Shown piece after piece: positions 8,089 to 16,728 of a DNA stretch of 64,000 bases (positions are counted from its first letter, which is position 1; each line of letters starts with the position of its first letter). This DNA comes from a virus (Duplodnaviria > Caudoviricetes): the IMG/VR virus record IMGVR_UViG_3300049170_000080, positions 888 through 64,887 of that record; one strand, given 5' to 3'. The position numbers were made by a program, and so were the translations under genes. The notes beneath the pieces are model-generated. The model was not told the origin of the DNA. It made no database searches and saw nothing but the letters and a program-made list of their open reading frames with translations.

Positions 8089-9161
8089 CCGAGCTCGTCC
8101 CCGCCGCGCGCCCGGACCAGCTCGCCGCACCCACCCACAGTGCCGCTGACGACTGGCCCCCCGAAGCCCTCGACTTCGCCACCGAGTTGGCCGCGCACTA
8201 CCCGGCCGGCGACCCCTACCCGGGAGTCGTCGGAGCGTGGATCGCGCGGCAGAAGACCGTCAACACCCGCCGCACGTACGTCCGCCAGTACCGGGTGTGG
8301 GATACCTACGCCCGTAAGACCGGCACGCACCCGCTCGAGGCGCGCTTCCCGCTGGCCGAGGCGTTCTCCCGCCACCTTGAGACCGCGCCCACCCTGCAAC
8401 CGGTAAAGGGCGGCCACCGAGGGGAGAAGGCACCAACCGGCCCGCCCCGCTCCGACGCCGCCCGCGCCAACCTGCTCTCAGCGTGCTCCTCCTTCTACAC
8501 CTACGCCGTCCGCGCCCGCGCAGCCGAGATGGATCCCTTCGCCCTCGTCTCCCGACCCGAAATCGACCAGGACGGCTCCGACACCGAAGGCAGCACCGAA
8601 GAAGAGTCCGCACGCCTCCTGGCCGTCGCCTACGAAGACGGCCCCCGCTCCTACGCGCTGCTCCTGGCCATCTACACCATCGCCCTGCGCCTGGACTCCG
8701 CCCTACGCGCGCGCGTGGAAGACCTCGGCTACGACAAGGGCCACCGCATCCTCAACGTCCGACTCAAAGGCGGCCGCAAGAAGCCCAAGGTGGTCCCACC
8801 GGCCACCGGACACGCCATCGACGTCTACCTGGCCGGCCGCACCACCGGCCCGCTCTTCCAGACCCGCAACGGCAACCCGCTCGACTCAACGTACGTCTGG
8901 CGGCTCGTGAAGCGCCTGGCCAACAAGGCCGGCATCGCCAACGCCGCCACCTTCCACCCGCACGTCCTCAAGCACGACGCCGTCACCCACGCCCTGGACG
9001 CCCCCGACGCCAAGCTCCACCACGTCCAGGACTTCGCCGACCACAAGGACCCGCGCACCACCCGCCGCTACGACCGTCGCAAGGGCCGCCTCGACAACAG
9101 CCCCGGCTACCGCATCGCCGCCCGCATCGCCGAACGGCTGCCCGGCCGGGAGGATGACTAG
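8085..9161 (+). CDS. Tyrosine recombinase (XerC/Cre-like), atypical active-site motifs
   Basis: ALRLDS (R), KGG (K), HPHVLKH, ADHKDPRTTRRY (H, Y); N-terminal core-binding region. Confidence 0.85.
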   Translation: MTELVPAARPDQLAAPTHSAADDWPPEALDFATELAAHYPAGDPYPGVVGAWIARQKTVNTRRTYVRQYRVWDTYARKTGTHPLEARFPLAEAFSRHLETAPTLQPVKGGHRGEKAPTGPPRSDAARANLLSACSSFYTYAVRARAAEMDPFALVSRPEIDQDGSDTEGSTEEESARLLAVAYEDGPRSYALLLAIYTIALRLDSALRARVEDLGYDKGHRILNVRLKGGRKKPKVVPPATGHAIDVYLAGRTTGPLFQTRNGNPLDSTYVWRLVKRLANKAGIANAATFHPHVLKHDAVTHALDAPDAKLHHVQDFADHKDPRTTRRYDRRKGRLDNSPGYRIAARIAERLPGREDD

Positions 9162-9265
9162 CGCTTGAGCTCGCCAGCGTGGACTGCCGGGCCCGGTAGA
9201 TGGCGCCGGCGTCGATGCTGAGTGTGGGGCGGACCCCACAAGGAGCCCGCCCCACGGTTCCGCGG

Positions 9266-9448
9266 TCAGTACCGGCCCTGTGCCCACAGCAGGAGCAGGC
9301 TCACGGCTCCGCTGCCAACGCCGTACGCCAGGCCGCGGGCGAGGTGCTGCTGGATACGCCACTGCCACAGTCGACGCCAGAGCCGCAGCATGCGGCCCTC
9401 CTGCTTGGCCTTGCCCTGGTTGCCGGCCTTGCTACGTTCGTTGCTCAC
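9266..9448 (-). CDS. Small membrane protein
   Basis: 60 aa, basic N-terminus, C-terminal TM GLAYGVGSGAVSLLLLW. Confidence 0.6.
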   Translation of the reverse strand: MSNERSKAGNQGKAKQEGRMLRLWRRLWQWRIQQHLARGLAYGVGSGAVSLLLLWAQGRY

Positions 9449-9752
9449 GGGTCTCTCCTCGTATCGCTGGGATCCGCGCAGGGATCTCCGCCCGGTGCCC
9501 GGCCAGGCTTCGCCGGGTGGAGGCTCCTGCTCGCGGGACTGGGCCGATCGGCCCGATGCGATGACGATGACGGGGCGGGCCTTAGCCAGGCAACTCCCGG
9601 TCTCCGGGGGTGAACCCGTCTACGCTGCGCGGTATCTGAGAGGCCGTCCAGGCAACGTTGAAGGGGCAGGAGACGGTTCTTCCTCAACTCCCGAAACGCG
9701 GAGGACGAGGCTGATGGCTGTGGCGTAGAGGCGACGGCACTGTTTGCAGTAG

Positions 9753-10619
9753 TCACGTGCCGTTCGCGGGGGTGTCCCAGTAGCCGGTGTGGGCGAGGGC
9801 GTCGGCGGTCACGGGCGGGGTGCGCTGCGCCAATACGGGGGACGTGGCCGCGATCTGCTGGACGATCTTGTTGGGGTATTCGGAGACGACGCCGTGGCCG
9901 CCCTCGCCGGTGATGAGGCAGTGCACGCCGTCGGCCGGCTTCCTGCGCTTGGGCAGGTACTCCTTCACCGCGGCGGAGGTGAGGGGCTCGAGGGTGTAGG
10001 CCTTGCCGACGTTCTCGTGGTCGTCGGGGGCCCGCACGTCGTAGACGAGCGCGCCGTTGGGGGTGGTCTGCTCGTAGAGGTGGCGGATGTCGAGGCGGAC
10101 GATCTGCCCGGGGCGCAGGCCCTCGAGGAGGAGGTAGGCGATGAGCCGGTCGCGCAGGTGGTTGCGGGAGTTGTGGGGGCCCCAGCCGCCGACGGCGGCA
10201 AGGAATGCGGCGCGTTCCATGGGGTCCAGGCGCTTGGGCCCGCCGGCGTCGCGGTCGACCCCGGAGCGCAGTTCGGTGAGGTCGGGGGCGGCGCGGATGA
10301 TGCGGCGTTCGGCGGCCGCGGAGTAGTACTGGGTGAGGGCGGTGATGCGCCGGTCGTGGGACTTGGCGGCCTCGGGGTGCTCGGCGGCGAGTTGGGCGAG
10401 GGCGTCGGGCCCGTCGAAGGGCCGGTTGCCGAGGTAGAGCCGCAGGTACCGTTCGTCCGCCCACGCGGCGACATGCTCGATGCCGAAGTCCAGGGGGTTC
10501 ACACCGCGCTGGTCGCACCAGGTGAGCCAGGAGCCGACTTCCTGCCGGTAGGCGGTCTGGGTGGAGGGGCGCAGGGCGGAGGTGGTGAGCCAGTCGTCCA
10601 GGAGCAGGCGGGGGTCCAT
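9753..10619 (-). CDS. Truncated/degenerate tyrosine recombinase-like protein
   Basis: SAM-like N-domain (STQTAYRQEVGSWLTWC), RDRLIAYLLLEGLRPGQI; HxxR box replaced by DALAH and ORF ends 11 residues later. Confidence 0.75.
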   Translation of the reverse strand: MDPRLLLDDWLTTSALRPSTQTAYRQEVGSWLTWCDQRGVNPLDFGIEHVAAWADERYLRLYLGNRPFDGPDALAQLAAEHPEAAKSHDRRITALTQYYSAAAERRIIRAAPDLTELRSGVDRDAGGPKRLDPMERAAFLAAVGGWGPHNSRNHLRDRLIAYLLLEGLRPGQIVRLDIRHLYEQTTPNGALVYDVRAPDDHENVGKAYTLEPLTSAAVKEYLPKRRKPADGVHCLITGEGGHGVVSEYPNKIVQQIAATSPVLAQRTPPVTADALAHTGYWDTPANGT

Positions 10620-10883
10620 GGGCTCTTATTCTGCCCGCCCCACGTAAAGGATCAAGTTTCCGTGAAACCTCGGAGCCCCCACCCACTAGGGGATGTCGCG
10701 CGCGGTGGGGTCCGCACTTTCGCATGTCCTGTACCACGACGGCATCTGGGGGCTGGGGGTCCCGAGGTTTCGTGAACAGTCCAGGTAGAGGGTGCGAGGG
10801 CCCTTTGCGGGGCCCTCCGTTGCCGGGTGAGAACACGCTATGCGCTCGGACAGGGTTTGTCTGAGCCGCTATCCCCAGGCGCG

Positions 10884-11327
10884 TCAGCGGGCACGGTGCG
10901 GCGTCGTGTACGCGTGTCGGATCGGGTCCCGGCGGTGCGGCAGCGTGGCCGCCACGACCAACGGCCAGTCCACGGCCTGCCGCGTCAGCTGCGCTGCAGG
11001 ATGACGCTCCCAGTCCGGCGCTCCCGTGCGGGTGGCCAGCAGCGCTTCCGCCAGGCACTCACCGCACACGCCGGCGGCCTCGCTCCAGTGCCGGTCCGTC
11101 TCTTTGCGGTCCGGGTGCAGCTCCATGTGCCGCCACGACGCTTCCATCAGCAGCCGGGGCCAGTCGATCGCGATCACGACCCGCTCCAGGACGGCGGCCA
11201 TGGCTTCCTCGGCGGCCTCGTACTGCTCCGTGGGCATGGTCTGGCACTCACCCCGGGCGCCGTTCCACACATGCCGACCGACCACGTCCTGCGCCAGCAC
11301 CTTCACGACAGACAGGAAGTTGGGCAC
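10884..11327 (-). CDS. Hypothetical protein
   Basis: 147 aa ORF with repeated IDWP/VDWP motif; start may be internal (MPTEQ). Confidence 0.55.
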   Translation of the reverse strand: MPNFLSVVKVLAQDVVGRHVWNGARGECQTMPTEQYEAAEEAMAAVLERVVIAIDWPRLLMEASWRHMELHPDRKETDRHWSEAAGVCGECLAEALLATRTGAPDWERHPAAQLTRQAVDWPLVVAATLPHRRDPIRHAYTTPHRAR

Positions 11328-11339
11328 GAGATCTCCGCT

Positions 11340-11540
11340 CTAAAGTCCGGGAAGGGCATCTTGGTCGATGTCGAACCGTGTGCTTGCGTGCCGCGGGTCG
11401 GGATCGCACTCCGGACCGAGGCCGCGCATCCGCGAGACCGGGTCGGTCAGCTCCCGGCCGCAGCCGTGGCCCTTGCACCACACCCGCCGGCGCGGGCCCG
11501 ACTCCACCCCAAGCAGGGCTTCCTGACGTCGTATCGCCAT
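11340..11540 (-). CDS. DUF6011-like zinc-binding protein
   Basis: CKGHGCGRELTDPVSRMRGLGPEC. Confidence 0.7.
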   Translation of the reverse strand: MAIRRQEALLGVESGPRRRVWCKGHGCGRELTDPVSRMRGLGPECDPDPRHASTRFDIDQDALPGL

Positions 11541-11655
11541 GGGTCCAGTGTGATCCGAGAGAAGGGGTAGCGGCGTGGCACGATCATTTTGTACGCTTCG
11601 CGTGCGCGATCAGTGCGCAGCGGCCACCAACCCCGGTCAGGGGCGGTGGCCTTTG

Positions 11656-11865
11656 TCATGCCTGGCGTCTCCTCCGCTCACGTCGGTAGCAGTCCGAGCC
11701 ATAGGCGGACTGGCCAAAGGCCGAACGGGGCGCGGTGGCCGGATCGGGCGGAAGAGCCTTCTCGTCACCCTCCGCAAGTCGCCGGAGCCGCTTGAGCGTG
11801 ATGGTGCGCCATCCCAGGCGCTCCGCTCTGGCAGCGGCCTCCAGGATCAGCTGGGCAATCTCCAT
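11656..11865 (-). CDS. Hypothetical protein
   Basis: 69 aa; aggagg RBS upstream on minus strand. Confidence 0.55.
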   Translation of the reverse strand: MEIAQLILEAAARAERLGWRTITLKRLRRLAEGDEKALPPDPATAPRSAFGQSAYGSDCYRRERRRRQA

Positions 11866-11875
11866 GAGGTGCCTC

Positions 11876-12274
11876 CTAGGCGGCCAGTGCAGTGGTGGAG
11901 CGGGTGACGGCGGTGCGGGGGAGGTAGTCGCGGCCGAGTTCGCGGGCGATGAGCTGGCGCTCGCTGCGGACCACGATGCCGCGTCCGGCGGGGGTTGTTG
12001 CCTCGGGGAGGTCCAGGACGAAGCTGATGCGGTGGAGGGTGTAGGCGGTGATCTGGTCGATGTAGAAGCTGCGGGCGTCGCCGCGGAGGCGGCACATGGC
12101 GCGGACCTGGATGCGGCCGGACTTCGTGGTGCGGATGTCGTGGGGCTCGATGGTGCGGATGCTCTCGGTGCCGTCGGCGTCGGTGTAGGTGATGGTGACG
12201 GCGTGCTGGCGGTCGATGGCGCGGTAGAGGTCGGCGAGGGTCTTGGTGGTGGTCTGCTTGGCCGTCAGCTTCAT
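11876..12274 (-). CDS. Stand-alone WYL-domain protein
   Basis: AI..QHAVTITYTDADG..SIRTIEPHDI..VRAMCRLRGDARSFYIDQI; no HTH domain. Confidence 0.85.
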   Translation of the reverse strand: MKLTAKQTTTKTLADLYRAIDRQHAVTITYTDADGTESIRTIEPHDIRTTKSGRIQVRAMCRLRGDARSFYIDQITAYTLHRISFVLDLPEATTPAGRGIVVRSERQLIARELGRDYLPRTAVTRSTTALAA

Positions 12275-12314
12275 TGGTGTTCCCCCTTGGTGTGGTGCGA
12301 TGCCTTCACTCTAG

Positions 12315-12355
12315 CCCGTATCGGCATTGTCATGCAATGCCGATACGGGTATTGT
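12315..12355. promoter_or_regulatory. Palindromic divergent promoter/operator, copy 1
   Basis: CCCGTATCGGCATTG-tcatg-CAATGCCGATACGGG; + strand TTGTCA-N17-TATTGT; - strand TTGCAT-N18-TAGAGT. Confidence 0.85.
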
Positions 12356-12498
12356 TGAGGTTGTTGGGGCAGCCGCCCCGACCGCCCGGCCGAACGGCAT
12401 GGCGTCTCAATGCTGATTGGAGGACACTGGTGGGCATTGCCCCCACGCGCCCGCCTGGCCGGCCCCGGTCCGAACGGCGCCCGCCGAGAGGACCCCGA

Positions 12499-13338
12499 GT
12501 GAGTCACCCCCTCCGCCAAGGCCTGGCCCTTGCCCGCGACCAGCTGAAGAAGGACGGGCACCTCGAGCTCCAGGCCTACGTGGACGCCGTTCTCGCCCCG
12601 CGCGGCTGGATGGCCCTGCGAGACAGTGAGCAGTCCGTGACCACGGTTCCGCTGTCGCTGACCATCACCAGCGGGCTGAAGGCCGAGCTGAAGGCGGCCG
12701 CGGCGGAGTTCGACGTGGTGCTGGACTCGCTGGCCGAGGAGGGCTTCAACCAGGCGCTGGAGAAGGGCTGGCTGCCGCCCAGGACCGTGGACAAGCGATC
12801 ACTGCCCTCGTACCAGGACAACCCCGCGTACGCGAAGGCGATTCTGCAGCTGCAGGTCGACGCGGATCTGCGGGACCGGGTACGGGAGGCGCTTCCGGAG
12901 ATGACGGAGCGGGCCGGCTACCGGGTCACGATGTCAGGTATCGCTGTCGCGTGGATTGCCGACCAGCTGGGTGTGCGGCGGCCGGGGGAGAACTTGCAGC
13001 CTCTGCTGCTGCAGGTGATCCCGCGGGCGTGGCGTGACCACTGGGAGGCGGTGGCGACCGAGCGGGATGTCACCTTGCAGTCCGTGCTGGAGGACGGCAT
13101 CCGTGCGCTGCGGGACGGGTCGTGGCAGATGCCGCGTCCGGTGCGCGCCGCGAAGGGCTCTGGGATGGCAACGGAGAACGTAGTCCGCAAGGTCATGGTC
13201 CGGATCGACGCCGATCTGCTGGACTACCTCGACGAGGCGGCCCCGCGGCTGGCAGAGCAGCACGGACGGAAGGTGTTCCCGGGCACGATCGCCCTGGCGA
13301 TTTTGAAGGACCGGCTGGGGCTTCCCGCCGGCGAGTAG
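12499..13338 (+). CDS. Putative DNA-binding protein with about four tandem ribbon-helix-helix-like repeats
   Basis: GTG 12499 after gagagga; repeats LSLTITSGLKAELKAAA, LQLQVDADLRDRVREA, LLQVIPRAWRDHWEAVA, VMVRIDADLLDYLDEAA. Confidence 0.55.
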   Translation: MSHPLRQGLALARDQLKKDGHLELQAYVDAVLAPRGWMALRDSEQSVTTVPLSLTITSGLKAELKAAAAEFDVVLDSLAEEGFNQALEKGWLPPRTVDKRSLPSYQDNPAYAKAILQLQVDADLRDRVREALPEMTERAGYRVTMSGIAVAWIADQLGVRRPGENLQPLLLQVIPRAWRDHWEAVATERDVTLQSVLEDGIRALRDGSWQMPRPVRAAKGSGMATENVVRKVMVRIDADLLDYLDEAAPRLAEQHGRKVFPGTIALAILKDRLGLPAGE

Positions 13339-13422
13339 TGGACCGGGTGCGGGCCGGTCTGGATGCCGACACCGGTCCGGCCGCGCACCCCGTACATCGC
13401 ATAACCCCATAGGAGAGACCTC

Positions 13423-14454
13423 ATGGCGCAAGCCGCCGAGGCCCCCGCCAGCACGACGGCGGAGGGCCCCACCTCGCACACCCAAAATCAGGACGACGGG
13501 TTCGACTTCGTGGACGCAACGCGACCTGCGACGAACGCTTTCATTGCGCTGACCGGGCCGGCCAACTCGGGGAAGACCTACACCGCTTTGGCCATGGCCA
13601 CGGGGATGGGCACCCGGATCGGGGTGTGTGACACCGAGCGCGGCCGCGCCAGCCACTACGCCGGCTTGTTCCCGTTCAAGCATCTGCGGATGCCGGACTT
13701 CCGCCCTCAGACGCTGGTGCGGGCCCTGGCCGTAGGCGCCCGGCGCGGCATTGACGTGATGATCATCGATTCGGGGACGCACTACTGGTCCGGCCGGGGC
13801 GGCGTCCTCGAGCAGGTCGACCGCACGACCGAGGCCTCGCGGTCCAAGAACGCGTTCACGTCCGGCTGGAAGACCATCAAGCCGGTCGAGCACGAGATGT
13901 GGGACGCGATCATGGCGTACCCGGGGCACGTCATCATGACGCTGCGGGTCAAGACCGCCTACGAGCTCGTGTCCAACAAGCAGGGCGGCGTGGAGCCGAA
14001 GAAGCTCGGGCTGAAGCCGGACCAGCGGGCCGATGTGGAGTACGAGTTCGACTTCGTCGGCGACCTCGACATGGAGCACACGATGACCGTGTCGAAGTGC
14101 TCGTACCCGGACCTGTTCGAGTCCGGGGAGCGGATCGAGATGCCGAACACGGAGACCGGCCACCGGATCGTGAAGTGGCTGGGTGAGGGCACGCCGATGC
14201 CGACGGTGCAGGACTACGTCGAGCGGGTCATGCAGCCCGAGATGACGTACGAGCAGCTGCTCGGCCTGTACCAGGGCGAGCTGTCCCAGCGCGGTCTGCT
14301 CGGTGCTGCCCTGTTTGCCCCGGACACCGGGGAACAGACCACCCTCGGCGGGCTGATCGCCCGTATCGGCGGTGCACGCAAGGCGGCCGCCGAGAGCGTG
14401 ACTGCGCCGAGCCACGCCGCTCAGGGCGGCCCCGGGGAAGGGCAGGCGGCCTGA
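13423..14454 (+). CDS. AAA-family ATPase (Sak4/AAA_24-like phage recombination protein)
   Basis: Walker A GPANSGKT, CDTERG, Walker B MIIDS, YEFD motif. Confidence 0.8.
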   Translation: MAQAAEAPASTTAEGPTSHTQNQDDGFDFVDATRPATNAFIALTGPANSGKTYTALAMATGMGTRIGVCDTERGRASHYAGLFPFKHLRMPDFRPQTLVRALAVGARRGIDVMIIDSGTHYWSGRGGVLEQVDRTTEASRSKNAFTSGWKTIKPVEHEMWDAIMAYPGHVIMTLRVKTAYELVSNKQGGVEPKKLGLKPDQRADVEYEFDFVGDLDMEHTMTVSKCSYPDLFESGERIEMPNTETGHRIVKWLGEGTPMPTVQDYVERVMQPEMTYEQLLGLYQGELSQRGLLGAALFAPDTGEQTTLGGLIARIGGARKAAAESVTAPSHAAQGGPGEGQAA

Positions 14455-16001
14455 TGGCGCCGCTGCGGATAGGCAGCCTTTTCACCGGAACGGGCGCCTT
14501 GGATCTGGCCGTGATGGACGTCTACGACGCCGAGGTGGTCTGGCACTCGCAGTACGAGCCGCCGGACAAGAACGGCAAGGAAGACACCAACCAGTACGCG
14601 GCGAAGATCCTGGCCCGTCACTGGCCGGACGTGCCGAACCTCTGGGACATCACGAAGGTCGACTGGCAGGCCGTCATCGAGGAGCACGGGCCGGTCGACA
14701 TCCTCACGGGCGGGTTCCCCTGCCAGGACGTTTCCTCCGCCGGCCGCCGGGCTGGTCTGACCGCGGACTCCAGGTCCGGGCTGTGGGCCCACTTCGCCCG
14801 CGCCATTTACGAACTCAACCCCCGATTGGTGGTGATCGAGAATGTCGAAGGGCTCCTCTCAGCTCCCGCTGATCGTGGACTGGGACTCGACGCTGAGGCT
14901 CTGGAAGAAGAGGCCAAGGCAGGACGGGTTCTTCGAGCTCTTGGAGCCGTTCTCGGAGACTTGGCCACCCTCGGGTTCCATGCGGAGTGGGAGCGCGTGG
15001 GAGCGGACGAGGTCGGCGCCCCGCACCGGCGTCGCCGCATCATCATCTACGCCTGGCCGGCTGCTCTCGACCCCGGTGGCCTCGGACGGTGGGACGGATC
15101 GGGGTTCGTCGGCGGGCTGGGGGCTGAGGGACGAGGCGCGGAAGCTGCTGCCGACTCCGCGCACCTCGGACACGAACGGGGCGGGGCCTCACGGCGACGG
15201 GGGCCCGGATCTGCGGACGGCGATCTCGATGCTGCCGACGCCGCGGGCGAGGGACGGGAAGGGGGCGGGCTACGAGGACGATCTGCCCTCAACGGTGGAC
15301 CGGCTTCTTCCGACGCCCACCGCGTCGAATCCGAACGACGGGGAGTCGCTGGAGTCCTGGGAGGCCAGGCGGCAGCGGAACAAGGCGAAGGGGATCAACG
15401 GGAACGGGCAGGGCACACCACTGGCGATCGCCGTCCGGCAGATGTCGAACCCGCCTGCCCCACGTGCGGATGCGGAGAGTCCTTCCACGACGCTGGAGGA
15501 TTCTGCGCCGGGTCCTGCGGCGGCACCTGCACCGACCCCGAACTCGGACGGTCCGATGAAGCTGATGCCGACGCCCAGGGCGACGGACGGGACGAAGGGC
15601 GGGCCGAATCAGCGCGGCAGCAAGGGCGACCTGATGCTTCCGAGCCTGGCGGCGCAGCTCCTGCCGACCCCGACAGCGTCGGATGCCGAGCGGACGTCCT
15701 CGACCTTCGGCCGGGGCAACCCGACCTTGACTGGGGCGATTACGGACCCGCCATCCGACGGTGGGAAGCCGTCCTCGGACGACCCGCCCCCTGGCCAACC
15801 GACGCTCTGGGACGCCTGAGCCCCGTCTTCACCGAATGGCTCATGGGCCTCCCAGACGGCTGGGTCACCAACACCCCTGGCCTGACCCGGCCCGCCATGC
15901 TCCGTGCCCTTGGTAACGGCGTCGTCTGGCAGCAAGCCGCCCACGCCATCCGATGGCTGCACCAGCGTGCGAGTGCGGCAGCCGGATCAGCAGCCGCTTG
16001 A
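14454..16001 (+). CDS. DNA (cytosine-5) methyltransferase
   Basis: Motif I SLFTGTG, IV GGFPCQ, VI VIENV, VIII PHRRRR, terminal EWLMGLP and LGNGVV; low-complexity middle. Confidence 0.9.
   Translation: MAPLRIGSLFTGTGALDLAVMDVYDAEVVWHSQYEPPDKNGKEDTNQYAAKILARHWPDVPNLWDITKVDWQAVIEEHGPVDILTGGFPCQDVSSAGRRAGLTADSRSGLWAHFARAIYELNPRLVVIENVEGLLSAPADRGLGLDAEALEEEAKAGRVLRALGAVLGDLATLGFHAEWERVGADEVGAPHRRRRIIIYAWPAALDPGGLGRWDGSGFVGGLGAEGRGAEAAADSAHLGHERGGASRRRGPGSADGDLDAADAAGEGREGGGLRGRSALNGGPASSDAHRVESERRGVAGVLGGQAAAEQGEGDQRERAGHTTGDRRPADVEPACPTCGCGESFHDAGGFCAGSCGGTCTDPELGRSDEADADAQGDGRDEGRAESARQQGRPDASEPGGAAPADPDSVGCRADVLDLRPGQPDLDWGDYGPAIRRWEAVLGRPAPWPTDALGRLSPVFTEWLMGLPDGWVTNTPGLTRPAMLRALGNGVVWQQAAHAIRWLHQRASAAAGSAAA
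14842..15819 (+). CDS. Alternative-frame ORF nested in the C5 MTase gene (LPTP-repeat protein)
   Basis: 325 aa in +1 frame; SETWPPSGSMR and six L[LM][PS]TPx[AT]x[DN]-type repeats; protein-like composition where the MTase frame is not. Confidence 0.7.
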   Translation: MSKGSSQLPLIVDWDSTLRLWKKRPRQDGFFELLEPFSETWPPSGSMRSGSAWERTRSAPRTGVAASSSTPGRLLSTPVASDGGTDRGSSAGWGLRDEARKLLPTPRTSDTNGAGPHGDGGPDLRTAISMLPTPRARDGKGAGYEDDLPSTVDRLLPTPTASNPNDGESLESWEARRQRNKAKGINGNGQGTPLAIAVRQMSNPPAPRADAESPSTTLEDSAPGPAAAPAPTPNSDGPMKLMPTPRATDGTKGGPNQRGSKGDLMLPSLAAQLLPTPTASDAERTSSTFGRGNPTLTGAITDPPSDGGKPSSDDPPPGQPTLWDA

Positions 16002-16080
16002 CCTTCGCGCCTGCATCCGTGTGGGCGCGATGTACCACCGCACCCCCTCTCTGGCCGTCGCGCCGAATCGAGGTCCCGTC

Positions 16081-16380
16081 ATGTCCGAACCCGTGCGCTG
16101 GGTCATCCCGGCCATCCTGCTGATCGCTGTCGCTGGTGTCCCGCTGATGCTGTGGTGGGAGAGGCGGCGGCCGACGTCGTACACCCGGCGCCGCCAGGGG
16201 GCCCTGGCGGCGTGGCATGCGCTGCCCACGGGGGCGCAGGAGGCCGTCGACAACATCGCGCTGGACGCCGCTGAGGCGGCGGAAGCAGCGGCCAAGGAGT
16301 CGGTGGCCCGTGCTGTGGATGCCCAGATGGAGGCCGCGGTGCTGGAGGCGGTCAAGCGCAACGCCCTGTTCCACCCCTGA
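16081..16380 (+). CDS. Membrane protein
   Basis: N-terminal TM WVIPAILLIAVAGVPLMLWW. Confidence 0.6.
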   Translation: MSEPVRWVIPAILLIAVAGVPLMLWWERRRPTSYTRRRQGALAAWHALPTGAQEAVDNIALDAAEAAEAAAKESVARAVDAQMEAAVLEAVKRNALFHP

Positions 16381-16422
16381 CACCCATTGTTCGCAGGCCT
16401 TCCCGGAAGAGAGGTGAGTGCC

Positions 16423-16728
16423 GTGCCTGTTCGTACGTTCACTGCCGCCGCGGCATTTGCCGCGGCGGTTGCCGTATCCGCTGCCGTCGGGGTGGTGGTG
16501 CGGCGTCGATGCCGTCGTCTGGAGCGGGCGGCGGCGGTTCAGCGGCTGATGGCCGGCTGCCAGGTGCGGGACAACGCCGCGCTGCGCCGGGAGCTGGCCG
16601 GGTTCCGCTACCGCCTGGACCGGGAGTTCGCCCAGCAGGCGTCGCTGGCGGAGGCCGACCAGGTCCTCGATGAGGTTCTCGCCCACCACACACGTGTAGA
16701 CCCGCACCCGGAAGGGGGACCGGTATGA
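16423..16728 (+). CDS. Membrane-anchored hypothetical protein
   Basis: gagagg RBS, hydrophobic N-terminus, stop overlaps whiB-like start. Confidence 0.6.
   Translation: MPVRTFTAAAAFAAAVAVSAAVGVVVRRRCRRLERAAAVQRLMAGCQVRDNAALRRELAGFRYRLDREFAQQASLAEADQVLDEVLAHHTRVDPHPEGGPV

Noticed and set aside
9445-11058. 537-aa minus-strand ORF
   Set aside because: Off-frame shadow of the recombinase-like gene; low-complexity Arg/Pro/Ala composition typical of high-GC DNA
12315-12355. Palindromic promoter as a PafBC (RecA-NDp) or LexA site
   Set aside because: Spacing and sequence do not fit TGTCGG-N10-TAnnnT or the actinobacterial SOS box TCGAAC-N4-GNNCGA
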